Source: Plasmodiophora brassicae (lineage: Eukaryota). Taken from it: a stretch of DNA of 64,000 bases. The notes beneath the pieces were generated by a model. It ran no database searches. It saw only the letters and a program-made list of their open reading frames with translations, and was not told where the DNA came from. The position numbers were made by a program, and so were the translations under genes. Below are positions 1 to 13,198 of this stretch, piece by piece (positions within the stretch are counted from its first letter, which is position 1; every line of letters starts with the position of its first letter). The stretch spans positions 124,001 to 188,000 of the forward strand of contig CP145416.1 in NCBI GenBank assembly GCA_036867785.1. The letters run 5' to 3'.

Positions 1-1375
1 GTAATCCAGCAGCGGGACGAGCTGCTTCGATTCGAACTTGTCGATGAACTCATTCGCCTGCAGAAGGACGGCGGAGAACGGCAGGCGCTCCTCGGCGAAT
101 TGCGAATCACGACTGAACCGCAACCGGCCGTCTTCGATCACGCAGCTGCCGTCCAGGTCGCCCGTGATACGCCTGCGAGTCCATCGAATGACGTTCGTTC
201 CCGTCTCGTCAACGACGAACGATCGCAGGTCGGCATCTGACGCGCAACAGCCAGTCAGAAGGGCTGGCGACCAGGAACGCTACCGGACGGTTGCCTTTGA
301 TCTGCTCGACCGCTTTGGCAATCGGTTCTTCGTACTTTGCCCAAATCGGCCGCGGAATGTACGCGGTGACTTCGCTCCACTTGAACTTCCCTGCAGTGCC
401 CAAACGACGCCGGTCAGCATATCACCCGGTGCACAGCAATTGAGGAGGCACCCTGCATTCGGGACAAGTTCAGCTTCGCTTCCTGCTTCCCCGTTTTCTT
501 CCTCAAAGCCTCCTCTTCCCGGGCGGCCTTCCGCCTTAACGCCGCGTCTTCCTTGGAGGCCTTCTCCCCCGCCGCATCCGTACGCCTGGAGATATCGGTA
601 CCAGCGACGAGCGAACGATTGCTCTGTCGCGGTCGGTTCCCCGGGGACATATCGTGCAGATCGCGAGCAATGTCCCGCTGGCCGTCGCGGCACAGTCGAC
701 CCAGCCACGCGACGCTGTCGTCGTCGCCAAGGATCGCGTTCAGGTCGGGGCAGCCGTCGCTGACTCTCTGCAACCGTCATCAATGTACAGCCAGATGGCA
801 ATCCTCGCTAGCCGTCCTACTTTCCGGTTTCGTAGACGCGGGGCGGCATCGTTCACGTTCGGGATCGGGTCGACGTCGGGCGAACCGCCGCCGGGCAGGT
901 CCTCCCGTACCTGACGCGCACGTGGCGAATCCGGAACGATGGAAATGCCAGGACTGGGTCCAACGGACAAGCGAACGCGTTCGCTAGACGAGTCCGCCGC
1001 ATCGGCGACGCCCTCTTCCTCGCTGTCGGATCTGAGATCGAGCACGACCGGCGACGAGTCCGACACGATAATTACTCGGGAGCCCACTGAATGGTCCCGT
1101 TTCGCGGCAACGGGCGTCGACTGCGGAACGATCCAGCAGTCTGTGGAGCGACTCGAACCCGACGATGCATCGTCGGCGACGACGGCCTGCGGCCAGCCAT
1201 CGTCGTCCCGCAACCGGCCGCAGGCCATGCAGGCGCCCCGGTCGTCGTCGTTCAGGCACGCGCAACGCCCGCAGGTCCACATGCGGACGGAGGCGCGCGC
1301 CGACTCGCAGACGCCGCAGACGACGGCGACATCGCTGTCGTTCACGAACGTACAGGCCGCGCACGACCAGGGCAT
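1..1375 (-). CDS. Multi-exon protein with two N-terminal RanBP2-type zinc fingers and a probable EME1/ERCC4-like C-terminal region; runs off the left edge
   Basis: ATG at 1375 gives MPWSCAACTFVN..CGVC and WTCGRCACLN..CMAC (RanBP2 W-x-C-x2-C-x3-N-x6-C-x2-C). A charged helix (RRKAAREEEALRKK) follows, then exons GKFKWSEVTAYIPRPI and FAEERLPFSAVLLQANEFIDKF, which resemble EME1. The EME1 call is tentative. Confidence 0.5.
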
Positions 1376-1631
1376 CACGCCGCGGGCGCCGCGACTGGCG
1401 CAATTTCGCCCCCCGGCCGAGCTGCACGAAGCCGTAACGCGAACCCGAGCTGCAAACGCGCCCCACTCGTCCCCGAGTTGGAGCTGCAGTGGCGCCCCCG
1501 TCGCCACCAGTGCGCAGCGCGACTGTGGAGCTGCACATCGGAGGAACGTCGGCCAGTTGGGGCCACGGTGGGGGGACGTTGTGACGGCGGCGACGGGGGG
1601 AGGCCCGTCCGTCCGTCACAACGCGCGCGCG

Positions 1632-2362
1632 ATGGCCGCCGACGAAGGCAATACGTCCGGGGCGTTCTCGATCGACCACGAGCTGGAGAAGCAGCTCGAG
1701 GCCTGCAAGGGCGAGGTGGCGCAGGGTACGGTCACGCTGGTGACCTCCGACGGGCACGCGTATGCGAACCGCTGGCCGTGGCCCGTTCGCATCGCCCTGA
1801 ACCAGTGCCCGGCAGGCACGTCATCCCGCGATCGATTGCCGTCATGTCCGAGTTCATCAAGAACGCGGTCACGCTGGATACGGGCGCACACGAGGTATTA
1901 CGGTGGGGCGGCGGTCAGGTTCCAGCTGCTGACACACGCCCTGCAGTTGACGCTGAAGCACGTCGACGAGGTCGTCATCAGACCGGTCATCGTCTGGATG
2001 TGCCACCATTCATCGAACCCGTCGCGTGCGATATCGCGCCCGTTGCGCTCCGCGAACATCGCCGAGATTGTCGGCCTGTGGGACGCGAACTTCCTCGACT
2101 CGATGCCGCTCGAGCTCACGTTCAAGGTTAGCCCGTCGCTCCATGGCTGAACGCCGCGTATCAGGGTGACTCGCCGAAACAGGTCCTGCTTGCGGCCAAC
2201 TACCTGGGCCTGCAGGCCCTGACCGAGCTCTGCTGCGCCAAGGTCGCCAGCCTGATGCTGGGCAAGACGCCGAAGCAGATCCGCAAGATCTTCAACACGA
2301 AGGACGACTTCACGCCCGAAGAGGAGAAGGCCATCCGGGAAGAGTACGCCGAGTTCCTGTAG
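1632..2362 (+). CDS. SKP1: SKP1 family protein (SCF ubiquitin ligase adaptor), 3 introns
   Basis: Spliced exons give VTLVTSDG, IAVMSEFIKNA, VIVWMCHH, WDANFL and VLLAANYLGLQALTELCCAKVASLMLGKTPKQIRKIFNTKDDFTPEEEKAIREE; stop TAG at 2360-2362. Confidence 0.92.
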
Positions 2363-2597
2363 CCCCGGCAAATGATACAGTCCACGTCCACGTTGCCCCT
2401 TGATATCCGACACAGATACTGGATCGCCTGCGGTCGCCCCAGGACGGCAGATTCGAGCCGTCCGAGGGGGTTGGAGATATTCGACGGGGGCGGGCGGGAA
2501 GGAATCTGTCCAGTGCGCCCAGCAGGGTCGAGGTCATTGCCCGTAGTCGTGCGCGCGCCCCTCGTCGTTGTCCCCTCCCCCTCCAACCCCATCCTCA

Positions 2598-3357
<760 letters not shown>

Positions 3358-3432
3358 TGATGGGCGCGGCCGCGACCGTATTTATTGAACCGACCGGCAC
3401 AATACATTCGTTGCGGAGCAAGGTGGCCCGGG

Positions 3433-5851
3433 TCACTTCAGGAACGAGTGCTGCTTGCTGAGCGTGCCGGAGGCGCTGTCATCAGCCGCATCGCCAGGCA
3501 GCGCCGACCCTCGTCGGCTGACGACCGGCAGGACTTCCCGGAGAGCAGCGCCGACATACAGCTGGCGGGGACGTCCAATCTTCAGCTGCGACCAGGCAGG
3601 CAGGCGTCAGTACGACACGACAGTGGCTACAGTACGGCCGGTTACATGGGGATCCGCAATCATCTCCTTCCCTGTGTTGCACGTTGAGGGACGTCAGCAA
3701 CCGACACGACAGCGAACGGCGTGCACCGACAGTTGGATATCCATCCGACCGTTCTGGCGACAGCGAACAGAACGGTGAACATGGAACGGGGGATTCCCAT
3801 GGCCCGGAGCATGACGCCGCTGTAGAAGTCGACATTGGGGAACCTACGACCGCGATCAGGAAGCGTATGTGCGCCTGCGGCCGCACGAGGGGTAATACAG
3901 TTTCCGCTTGATGAAGTACTCATCGTTCAGCGCGGTCTTCTCCAGTTGGAGGGCGAGCTCCAGGAACGGGTCGGACGTGATGTTCAGTTCGCGAAGCACG
4001 GCGTGGCACATCTCCTGCATGAGCTTGGCGCGCGGATCATAGTTCTGGTAGCTGCGGCCACAGATCGTCGATGAGTACACACGGCGGCGCCGGCATGCAC
4101 GGAATGGGCCGCAACGTACACGCGATGCCCGAACCTGCACGGGGACAGAACTAGTCAGCGTTCGGTTCAGTGGCCGGGTGCCAGTGTGTGACGAACCCCA
4201 TCAAGCGGAAATTGTTCGCCTTGTCTTTCGCTCGAGCGATAAACATGGGTATTCTGTCAACCTGTGCGGCCCACCAATCAGCACGAGGAGTGGCGCGCAG
4301 CATGCACGGGGGCAGGACCGTTCCGATTTCGTCGAGCATCTCCAGCACGGCCTCGTTGGCCCCGCTTGTAAACATGCTGGTGTCAGAAGCGGACGGACGT
4401 ATCACGAAGCAATCCTACCCGTGTGCTGGGCCCCATAGAGCAGTGACGGCACTCGCGATACAGGCGTACGGGTTCGCCAGCGATGACCTGGCGGACCGTT
4501 AGCGCGAGAGGCGGCGCAACAAGCAGTGGCAGAACGGGTACCCAGCGATTCGGACAGTTGATGTCGACGCGTTCTGCTCGTGGTCAGCATGCAGGATCAA
4601 CCACGTCTCAAACGCTTTCGTCAGGACCGGGTTCAGCTCGTACGCCTCAGAGGGGACTGCAGACGCGCGCGTCAAACACCTGGACCTGAACGTCAACAAG
4701 GCGTCTCGACGCACCTGAAAACATCATGTTGAGGAAGTTTTCAGCGTACGACAGCCTGGTCTGAGGATACACGAACGGCTGACCAACGGAATCTTTCGCA
4801 CAGATATCAGAGCCGTACTCCACAGGACATGACTACCTACTAACAATATCCCATGGTCAGTGTCATTGCCGGCCTGGGTATGCACCCGCAAGTACCATTT
4901 ATACGCCATAGCAGCAATGGTCGGCCTGTTGCGACCACTTGTCAGTACGTGCTGGAACCAGATGCGTCTGGGGCAACAGACATCTTTGCAATTAGGCGGT
5001 ATGCCGCACTGAACCGATGATATGGATTGTGCACATCCAGGGAATCGTGATAGAACGCCGACAGGGCCCCGACGACGCCAACCACAATCGCCATGGGATG
5101 GGCGTCGGATTTGAACCCTGCTTGACGCGTCAAGCAACTGACCAAGGTTCCGTGCCCGCACCGTTTCGCTTTACCATGGTAGAAATGGATCAGCTTCTCG
5201 TGAACCATGGTGTGGCGCTATGCACAATGATCAGCCGACGGCGCGAACGCGAACCTCGCGAGTGACGCAGTCGCACCGTTATGAGGTTCACATGGTGCTT
5301 CTTCGCAGGCGCGTCTGGCAGGTCGCCGTACAGGAGCAGATACTGACACGAACGCTCAGACGACGACGTCGCGGACACTGTCGCCACCGTTACCGTGACG
5401 TCCATGAAGTCGCATTTGCCCGCCAGTTCAGCGATATCGTAGCCCCGGTACCGAAGGTGCCCTGCAGGGCCGTCTATGAACGTGATCGACGATAAGCCTG
5501 CCCGGCACCGTCAAGCGTCAGTGCGCGGAAGAACACACATCAGAAACAGGTTCCAACATGACGCAGTGGACGTGAACCCGGGGTCGTGTGTGAAGTATCC
5601 CGTTTGCGAATACAACGAGCGGATATCGATAACGGGTGGGCCATCGGTGCCGCGAAGTATGGGCAATTCGGCCGTTGTCCTGCGACGGTTTCAACAGCGC
5701 ATTGCCCGTCACCGCCAGAGGCACGCGCAGACCCGTCGGGCAGCGTCAGGCGCGCCACCTCGTGCGTCGGCTTCTCCGGCAGGCGCGTCGTCGCGTCGCA
5801 TCTGATGAACTTCTCGACGAGCAGAACGTCGACGACCGGCGGGGCGGCCAT
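3433..5851 (-). CDS. gltA: Citrate synthase, type II (GltA-like), split by at least a dozen short introns; start uncertain (5851 or 5977)
   Basis: Exons translate to [75 protein letters not shown] and [11 protein letters not shown]; stop TGA at 3433-3435. Confidence 0.93.
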
Positions 5852-6144
5852 GACCAGCCCAGCGAACGGCACCCCGAAGACCGACGCGACCGCCAACGAA
5901 TATCCCAAATGACACGAAGAGAAGCAGCAGCAGCCCGCTACTGCCCACTTTTGCAACGCGGCGCGAAAATCGACCATGTCGGCCGATGGGTTTTTTGGGG
6001 GGGCGACAACCCGCGCCGGAGCGGCGCTCCCAGGATTGGTGCGAACGCCGCCGATCTGATCACCTCTGGCTACGCACGGGGTACACCCGTACCCGAGCGG
6101 CAACGCAGGCATGTTCGTACAGTGGCTGCCAGTGACAGATGCCG

Positions 6145-7283
6145 ATGAAGTGCGGCGACGTGACGATCGTGGTCGACGGCGGGAACGTTGGGGTCCATCC
6201 CGGGCAGCAGGTCACTGGCAAAGTGGTGTTCGGGGCCGTGGATGGCCGGCCGTGTGCCCCCCGCGTTGTGCGTCTGGTGGTAGAAGGTACCGCCCACCTG
6301 ACGCTGTCGCCAAAGACAGTCGGCCTGTTCGAGGCGTTCTACTCGTCACTGCGCCCCGTCGTGCTTCAGAACCGCACGATTACGATCACGGAGCACCGAC
6401 CACGTACGGAACGCGCGCCAAAGTGCCCCCTGCAATTAGTGATACGTTACCTGGAACAGTGTTACCATCGCAGGCGACAGAGTTCCCCTTCTCGTTCGAC
6501 GTCGATGCCTGCGGGGAGCAACGTGTGCTTCCGTCGTTCAAGGGCAAACTCGTCAAGATCCGTTGGACAGTATCATGCTACACGGGGAGAGGGTTTATCC
6601 CATCAGCCCCGAAGGCCGTCAAGGAATTCCTTGTCGTTGCCAACCCGCCGTTCTGCACACCTGAGCCGATCCGTTCGCCATTCAAATCGCACGGCTATTG
6701 CCAGAACACCGGTATGCCTTCAGATGATGTTTCATCCGATGCATCGTGCCCTAATGTTTGCGAGAGGAAGATGATGGAGAAAGCCAGGTGGACCTCGAGA
6801 TTGACATTGAAGGCTTCGTCGAAAGCACGTCCTGCGACATGCGCTCACAGCCGCTGCAAGGCGAATTGAGTGTGCTCCGCTCAACGAAACGGATCCAATC
6901 AGTCGTCCTTCGCCTCAATAGAATCGAATCCATTGGTGCGCTATCCCTTCCGCGGTTGATCTTCGCAACCTCGATCCGCTAAGACATGTCGCATAGTGTA
7001 TAGCGAGGGGGATATATCAGAGAGAAGCGAGGTGTCGTCACTAGAGATCGCGGACGGTAACATTGCCAGAGGCCTGCCGATTCCAATTCATTTCCTGTGG
7101 CCACGTGGCACGTGCTGCCCAACACTTCGACATGAAGAATTTTCTGTTAGCCCTAGGTGACGTGCAACAAGCTTTCGGCATCTGACCCCCCTTTTGTTTT
7201 AGATTGGGTTCGAAATTGAACTTCGAATCAATTTCGCAACCGGGCAGTTCATGATCGAAAGAATCCCAGTCACGCTCCACTGA
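6145..7283 (+). CDS. VPS26C: VPS26C/DSCR3 (retriever subunit, arrestin fold), multi-exon
   Basis: LSPKTVGLFEAFYSSLRP, TEFPFSF, IQSVVLRLNRIES and LEIADGNIARGLPIPIHFLWPR match DSCR3-family motifs; last exon ends IPVTLH-TGA at 7281-7283. Confidence 0.85.
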
Positions 7284-7351
7284 TAAAATAATGCGATGAA
7301 TGAATCGGTTTTAGAGTAAGACGAGGCAATCCTAACGGCGTTTCCTGGTTG

Positions 7352-8264
7352 TCACCCGAACGCGATACGTTCAACTGTTGGCAACCAGGGCAGGATGGCG
7401 TCAATCGACGGTTCCGGGTCGGCCATCAGAAACTCGTTAAACGCGTCAGCGACTTCGTTGGCCTCCTGGCACGCAACGCGAATATCCAGAGGTATTTTGT
7501 CGACCGCTTTCTGCAACTACGAAACGTCATAAGCGAACGACGACTAGGATGACAGCGTCCCCCTACCCGAGCAATTTCCCCATCAAGGCGCATCGCATCT
7601 GACATTTTCTTAGCGATGGCCGCCATGACTCGCTGGCGAAGGTTGTCCCAGGTAACGTTCGACTCGACGGGAATGTCGTTTCCCAAGTAGATTTCCGAAT
7701 ATAAATGTTCCCAGATAGTCGTCTGCACGGACTTGCGAAGCATCGGGCGTTCCATGCGCCTTCGAATCTCGTCGTCTTCGAGCATGTCGCGAACACGCTT
7801 GCCCCAATCGCCAGAGCGTCCCACGGTGGGCCACTCATACAGCAAAGCGAGTTCTTTCACGACGATTCTCATGTCGTACTTCGTTTCGTCCAGTTGCGTC
7901 AACTAGTAATTGGTGACGTATCAGAACATGAGAATGCCGTCCGTACGAGTGTGCACCATACCGCGAAGCACTCCATCTCCCATTGCTCGACGAACGACTC
8001 CATACGTGCACTGGCTAACAATCTCGCAGGACCCCCTCTTCTCCATGACGCCTCGAGCGCCCTGATCGCAACTTGCTTCCGCAGCATCTCCGGGTGCGTT
8101 AACCTCGACCTCTGGGCTCCTCGGTGTACTGCTGTCGAGCGGCGCCGCCCCACTTCCGCATGGGTGGACGCCGAGTGCAAACGCACTGCAACTGCAACGG
8201 TACTCATCAGCGCCACTGCTAGGAGAAGGACGCGTCCAGCTGGCAGGCGGTGGATCGAGCGCAT
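7352..8264 (-). CDS. Hypothetical helical protein with possible signal peptide, multi-exon
   Basis: MRSIHRLPAGRVLLLAVALMSTVAVA hydrophobic N-terminus; coding-like exons at 7563-7900 and 7352-7520. Splicing not fully resolved. Confidence 0.4.
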
Positions 8265-8851
8265 GATGGCTGGTAGTACCTTCGGAATCCAGGCTACACT
8301 GGGCGCCGCTGCGGGGCTGCCGCACAATTGCGAGACTGCACGCGACGTGCGCGACACGTCAAAGGCGACGCGACAGGGCGGCGCAAATGCGAAACGCCGC
8401 CGCTGCCGCACGGGCGATTGACCGCAAGGACGATGCGCACAGGGCATGACCCTGAAGACGGGCGCCAACCTGAAACTGGACGTGAATGTGAAGCTGAACC
8501 TTAGGGGATGACTACCAGTACGGTAGCAAAACTGGTTATATCCATAACACACGAAACGTCAGCCGGGTAGAATGTGAACGACCCGTATATGGCAACTTGG
8601 CGGGTGGAATCGCTGGATGCGCAGGCGTTCAGTAAGCGATCTCACACGCGCAGGTGAGCGTGCTACGCAGACGACGCAGGGCCATCCGGGCCAGTTGCCG
8701 GGCGAAGGCTCAATTTGGACACGGGGGCGGGCGTGCACAGTGGTGGGGCTCGGAGTCCGAGCTTGCTGCTGGATGTCATGCCGCACCAAATCGTGTTCCG
8801 GACGAGCGCGCTGGTCGACCGGACGCAAACCCGCGGCCCCGGGTCGTTGTC

Positions 8852-9357
8852 ATGGTAGGTCCGTCGGGTCCTGCCCCGTTGACGATGAGTGACGTCGACC
8901 GACACAGCATCCGTTTCGGTCTGTATACACGCCCGGGGACGACGCGTCCGATTCGTCCTGGCCGTTGATCGGGTCCGTCTTCATGCACGATGAGCACGTT
9001 GACCCGATCGTGCCCAAGCCGGTCCGGGCGTGCCCATACGCGGACAGCGGCCGCGCACCAATGACGACCGAGGAGCGCGATAACCTCCTCGATGGCCACT
9101 GGATACCCTTCGACAATTCGAAACTCGCACGAAGCACAGCGTACCGTCGACCCCTTTACGCGGCGGCCCGGCCATCCGCCGCCGAAATCGTCGCCTCCTC
9201 GATTGCCAACACCGGCGCCAACAGAGCACCGCACGGCCCCAAGACCGTGTATGCGAAAGCGCATATGCAGAAGAAGCCGTCGCGAAGGGTCCCTGTCACA
9301 CGGCCGAACGCGTTGCAACCGCCACCCATCACCTCCGCTGACCTGCGGAACGCATAA
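8852..9357 (+). CDS. Orphan protein, tandem paralog A
   Basis: ATG 8852-8854, intron GTAGGT...ACAG at 8855-8907, then HPFRS...WPLIGS...LLDGHWIPFDNS...RRVPVTRPN. Confidence 0.7.
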
Positions 9358-9742
9358 CGGCGAAGCGCGTCATCCCGAACATGGTGGGCGCGCGCGTGCG
9401 GACATATAAGGACGGTACAATAACTGTGGGACACCCCTCCCCATCGCATAATACAAGGAACGATACATTGTATAGATTTTTGGTTTTGCAGGCGTTGCGT
9501 GTCATGGGCTGCCGGACAGCGGCAGTGCCCGCTGCGTTGTCGCGCAACGTGTCCCGAGCCGACGCTAAATCGGGCTGGTCGCCAGTGCCGAGGCCTACGG
9601 ACTGCGTGGTGGTCGGGGGACCTCCGTCGGTCCTCCGTTGTTCGTGACAGGGTGGGCCGCGGCACGGATTCTCGACATCCCGCCCCGAACGACCGACCGA
9701 CCTCTGCCGCATAACCAAATCTGTCGTCGACCGGACGGAACG

Positions 9743-10367
9743 ATGCCGCTGGACCTGGTAGGTAACCCGGGGTCCGTTGTTTGGTGGCGCCGCTGACCCG
9801 GTCGGTTGCTAGCACCCGTTCCGCAGCTTAGATGACCTGCCCGAGATGAGCGTTAGCGCGCGGTGGCCGCTGGTCGGGTCCGCGTTCACCGACATGGACA
9901 AATGCGATCCGATCATCCCGGCTGTGCGGCGCCCGAAAGGCACACAAGTGTCCGACACCGAGCGCGAGATTCTCCTCGACGGGCATTGGCTCCCGTACGA
10001 CAATTCGCATCTGGCCGTCGCGGCAGGGTACCGTCTGCGACCGCCTCCCATCACCGTGTCGTCGTCATCAACATCATCCACCATCCGACCGTCCTCGTTC
10101 GCCACTGTCGTCGCTCGCCCGAAGAAGGCCGTCCAGGCCGACGTACGCTCCCTGCCACCCGCCAAGACTGTCGACCACAAGCACTACTTCTCCAAAGCGG
10201 TCCACTCGATCACCAAGGCCATGAACGCCGCCCAGAAGACGAACCGCCGCAGAGTACCCGTCACGCGTCGGCCCAATTCCGTCGCGGACCGAACCGACCC
10301 GTCGTCGGTCACCATCATGCAACCACCATGTGTGCCCAACCCCGCCCAGGATGCCGTCGTCGGGTAA
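9743..10367 (+). CDS. Orphan protein, tandem paralog B
   Basis: MPLDL, intron GTAGGT...CTAG, then HPFRS...WPLVGS...LLDGHWLPYDNS...RRVPVTRRPN. Confidence 0.7.
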
Positions 10368-10681
10368 GCCTCTCACCGTTTCGTCCGTTATATAAACATA
10401 TGATATGAATAATTACCCATTGCGTACGTTTCGTCGCGAGCACGTCGGCTCCGGCGTCGGCGGACTCCGACGTTACGGAGTTCACATCGTGACGGGGAAG
10501 GGCGAATTCGATGAGCGCCGCAATTACAGGGCAACCTGCAGACGCTCGTTGCTGCTGACGACGTTGTGATGCAGGCGATTGTGGTTCCGGTCGCGGTGCC
10601 TGGCAGGCGACGGCAAACGTGGAGCGTTCCACCCCGAAGGAAATCGAGTCGTCCGGTGAATCGTACCGTCCCTCGTGCACC

Positions 10682-11962
10682 TCACAGTATATTGACAGGT
10701 CGCCAGCGTTTCAAACCCGACGTCGGTTTCAGGATCGTCGCGATCGTGCCGCGGTGATCCGCCTGGGTGGGGCGCGTGCAGAACGCCGTCGGATCCCGAT
10801 ACCGGTCGGACGTTTCCGATTGTGGAGTCCAGTCGTCATCACCAACGTCAAGCGCAGGCCGGACGCTCTCCGCTGCGTCCTGTTCTGCAGCAGACTCGCC
10901 CGTTGACGGCAGTGCCTCGTCGTTGGCCGGTAGCGGTTCCCTGGCGCCGACGTGCGGGTTCCGGTAAGCATTGCCGGCCTCGCTGATCGGCTGGAACACG
11001 GTCGCGTCCAGAGGTACGTTTCCGTGAGATGGCATGTCGTCCTGCTCCTGGGTGTTGGGCTGCTCTTCCTGAGCGGGCTGTGATTCTGTAGGAGGAGGTG
11101 GCACCCGGTAGTTGGCCGAGTACTCGCTGTGTGCTAAGCTGTCCGACCGCGCCGGGAGGCGACGTCGTGGAGCATGATGGTATCTTGTCGAGGCCGATGC
11201 TGTTGGTTCCATCCAGCCCTGCCGTGACGATGACGGCATTCGTCTCGGCTGCCGCCTCGGTCGCCTCGTAGGTGATGGCTCCAGGACGTTCTGCTGGTGT
11301 GCGGGCGATGGCGACCGTGCCGACCGGCGCGGGGTCCATGACTGAAGAATCGCCCGACCACGCTGCTGTTCCTGTTCGAGGCGTGAATCCCAGTCCTGGG
11401 TCTCGTCAGTATACCGGGTGGTCCCAGCCGGGCTCCAAACCGCTCTGCTGCCCAAGCGCGGCGTTGCTAACGGCCCCGGCATCGCGGTCGCCATCCACTT
11501 GACAACGGGCGTGCTGGGCGCATTTGGCACCGCCCGGTCGGCGGATCCCAGGACGTCGGACAGGTACTCGCTCAGATCGACGTCGCTGTTTTCGTCGACA
11601 ACCGCATCTTCGCTGTCAGCCAGTTGCTCTTCATCGTCCTCCGATGCTGACGAGAATTCAAGCGCCCGTCGAAGGCGTCGCCTGCTTGCCGAAACGCGTC
11701 TTTGCCACTCCGCCCAGCCGACGTCGCGACGCGGCGTCACGAAATCTTCATTGACGTCTTCCGGCGCACCGGTCTGCGCGTCCACCGGCGCATCGGCTTC
11801 TTCAGCAGCGACGATCGCACGTGTGATTGCTCGACGCGGCCGACCCGTCCTGGGGGCATCCAGGGACCGGTTCAGGTTCCAATACAGCCAGTCGGTGTGG
11901 TGGACGAGCCCCGCAGGCACCGTCGCTGGACTACAGGCGACGCCTTCCACGACTCGGTACAT
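10682..11962 (-). CDS. Hypothetical, largely low-complexity/disordered protein (426 aa)
   Basis: Long ATG-initiated ORF occupying the space between neighbouring genes; no recognisable domain. Confidence 0.55.
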   Translation of the reverse strand: MYRVVEGVACSPATVPAGLVHHTDWLYWNLNRSLDAPRTGRPRRAITRAIVAAEEADAPVDAQTGAPEDVNEDFVTPRRDVGWAEWQRRVSASRRRLRRALEFSSASEDDEEQLADSEDAVVDENSDVDLSEYLSDVLGSADRAVPNAPSTPVVKWMATAMPGPLATPRLGSRAVWSPAGTTRYTDETQDWDSRLEQEQQRGRAILQSWTPRRSARSPSPAHQQNVLEPSPTRRPRRQPRRMPSSSRQGWMEPTASASTRYHHAPRRRLPARSDSLAHSEYSANYRVPPPPTESQPAQEEQPNTQEQDDMPSHGNVPLDATVFQPISEAGNAYRNPHVGAREPLPANDEALPSTGESAAEQDAAESVRPALDVGDDDWTPQSETSDRYRDPTAFCTRPTQADHRGTIATILKPTSGLKRWRPVNIL

Positions 11963-12010
11963 TGTTCGTTATATACTTCACTATTCGTTAAAGCATGGTG
12001 GGTCGGGTAC

Positions 12011-13198
12011 TCACTGGGTCAGCAGGCCAGTCAGGTGGTGCTCGTACTGGGACGGGAAGTGGTCACCGAGGCCCGGTATCGGGATTAGGGAAACGAGGAA
12101 GACGGCCTGCAGGAAGCGCTGGCCAGGTTGCACGAGGTAGCCGAGCGCGTCCGCGATGCTGTACAGGGGCGACAGCCACAACTGGCTCCGGCGATTGAAC
12201 TCGATGTCTTCGGGATCGTCCAGGAACCTGCCGTCCTTCGTCACGAACCGCTCCTTCTGGACATGGCGTAGGTCGGCCATGTGCAGCGCCTTGGGCACGA
12301 TGTCCGCCGCATGCACGAAGCGAATGTTCTTCCTCTCGAACATGCTTTCGAACGAGTCCCGGTACTGGGTATCGCCTGTTCGCGGCTGCCCGAACGTGAT
12401 GCAGGTCATTCGCGCCTGGATCGCCGGGTCCGCCAACTGGCAGAACACGTTGGCGAACGCCCCGCCAAGGCTGTGTCCGGTGACGAACACTTCCCTGGGC
12501 TTGTTCGCGGGCATGTTCAGCACCGTCTGGATTTGCTGCAGAGCGTTTCCACCCTTGCCCGAATCCGGCTGGCGTACGAGCGCTGTGTAGAACCCATAGT
12601 GGACGCCTCCCTTGCCGTCCGGTAGTGGCGTCGGGACCGCGGCGGCGTCGACGATGATCTGCGCCAGGTTCAGCGGTTCCGTGCCCTGGAATACGACGAC
12701 GACGGCGCGCTCGGTGGTGAACAGGTACGCCGAGACCGTTTCCCGGATGCGAATCAGGCAGAAGTTCTTCATGCCCCACTTGGTCGAGACGACGTCTTCC
12801 ACGATCCGAGAGTCCTCGTAGGCGAGCTTGGCGCACATGATCATGAAGTGGTTGTTGTAAACGTGGTCGTTGACGCATATCTTGCTGGGATCCTTCCAGG
12901 GGAACATCGTCCGCGCGTCCGCGGCGTACTTCGGGTCGAGATTAAACCGCGGGCTAGCGATATTCACAAGGGAATACGACACACGCTCGTCGTTCCTGGT
13001 CTTATACTTGCCGGCAAACACGATCGTGAGGACGTCCTGCAGGCGAGCCGACAGCCAGAGGAATACGCACTCCAGATGGCACCTCTCGACAACGTACTTG
13101 GTGAGGCCGATCAGTAACAACTGGTAAGCGTGCACGTACGACTCCTTCGATGCCGCCTTGGCATGATCCACAACGCTCCAGAAACTCACGGACGCCAT
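12011..13198 (-). CDS. Class 3 lipase (alpha/beta hydrolase), intronless
   Basis: VVVVFQGT, GVHYGFY, VFVTGHSLGGA (GxSxG), TFGQPRTGD, RFVHAADIVPK and GLGDH. Confidence 0.92.
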   Translation of the reverse strand: MASVSFWSVVDHAKAASKESYVHAYQLLLIGLTKYVVERCHLECVFLWLSARLQDVLTIVFAGKYKTRNDERVSYSLVNIASPRFNLDPKYAADARTMFPWKDPSKICVNDHVYNNHFMIMCAKLAYEDSRIVEDVVSTKWGMKNFCLIRIRETVSAYLFTTERAVVVVFQGTEPLNLAQIIVDAAAVPTPLPDGKGGVHYGFYTALVRQPDSGKGGNALQQIQTVLNMPANKPREVFVTGHSLGGAFANVFCQLADPAIQARMTCITFGQPRTGDTQYRDSFESMFERKNIRFVHAADIVPKALHMADLRHVQKERFVTKDGRFLDDPEDIEFNRRSQLWLSPLYSIADALGYLVQPGQRFLQAVFLVSLIPIPGLGDHFPSQYEHHLTGLLTQ

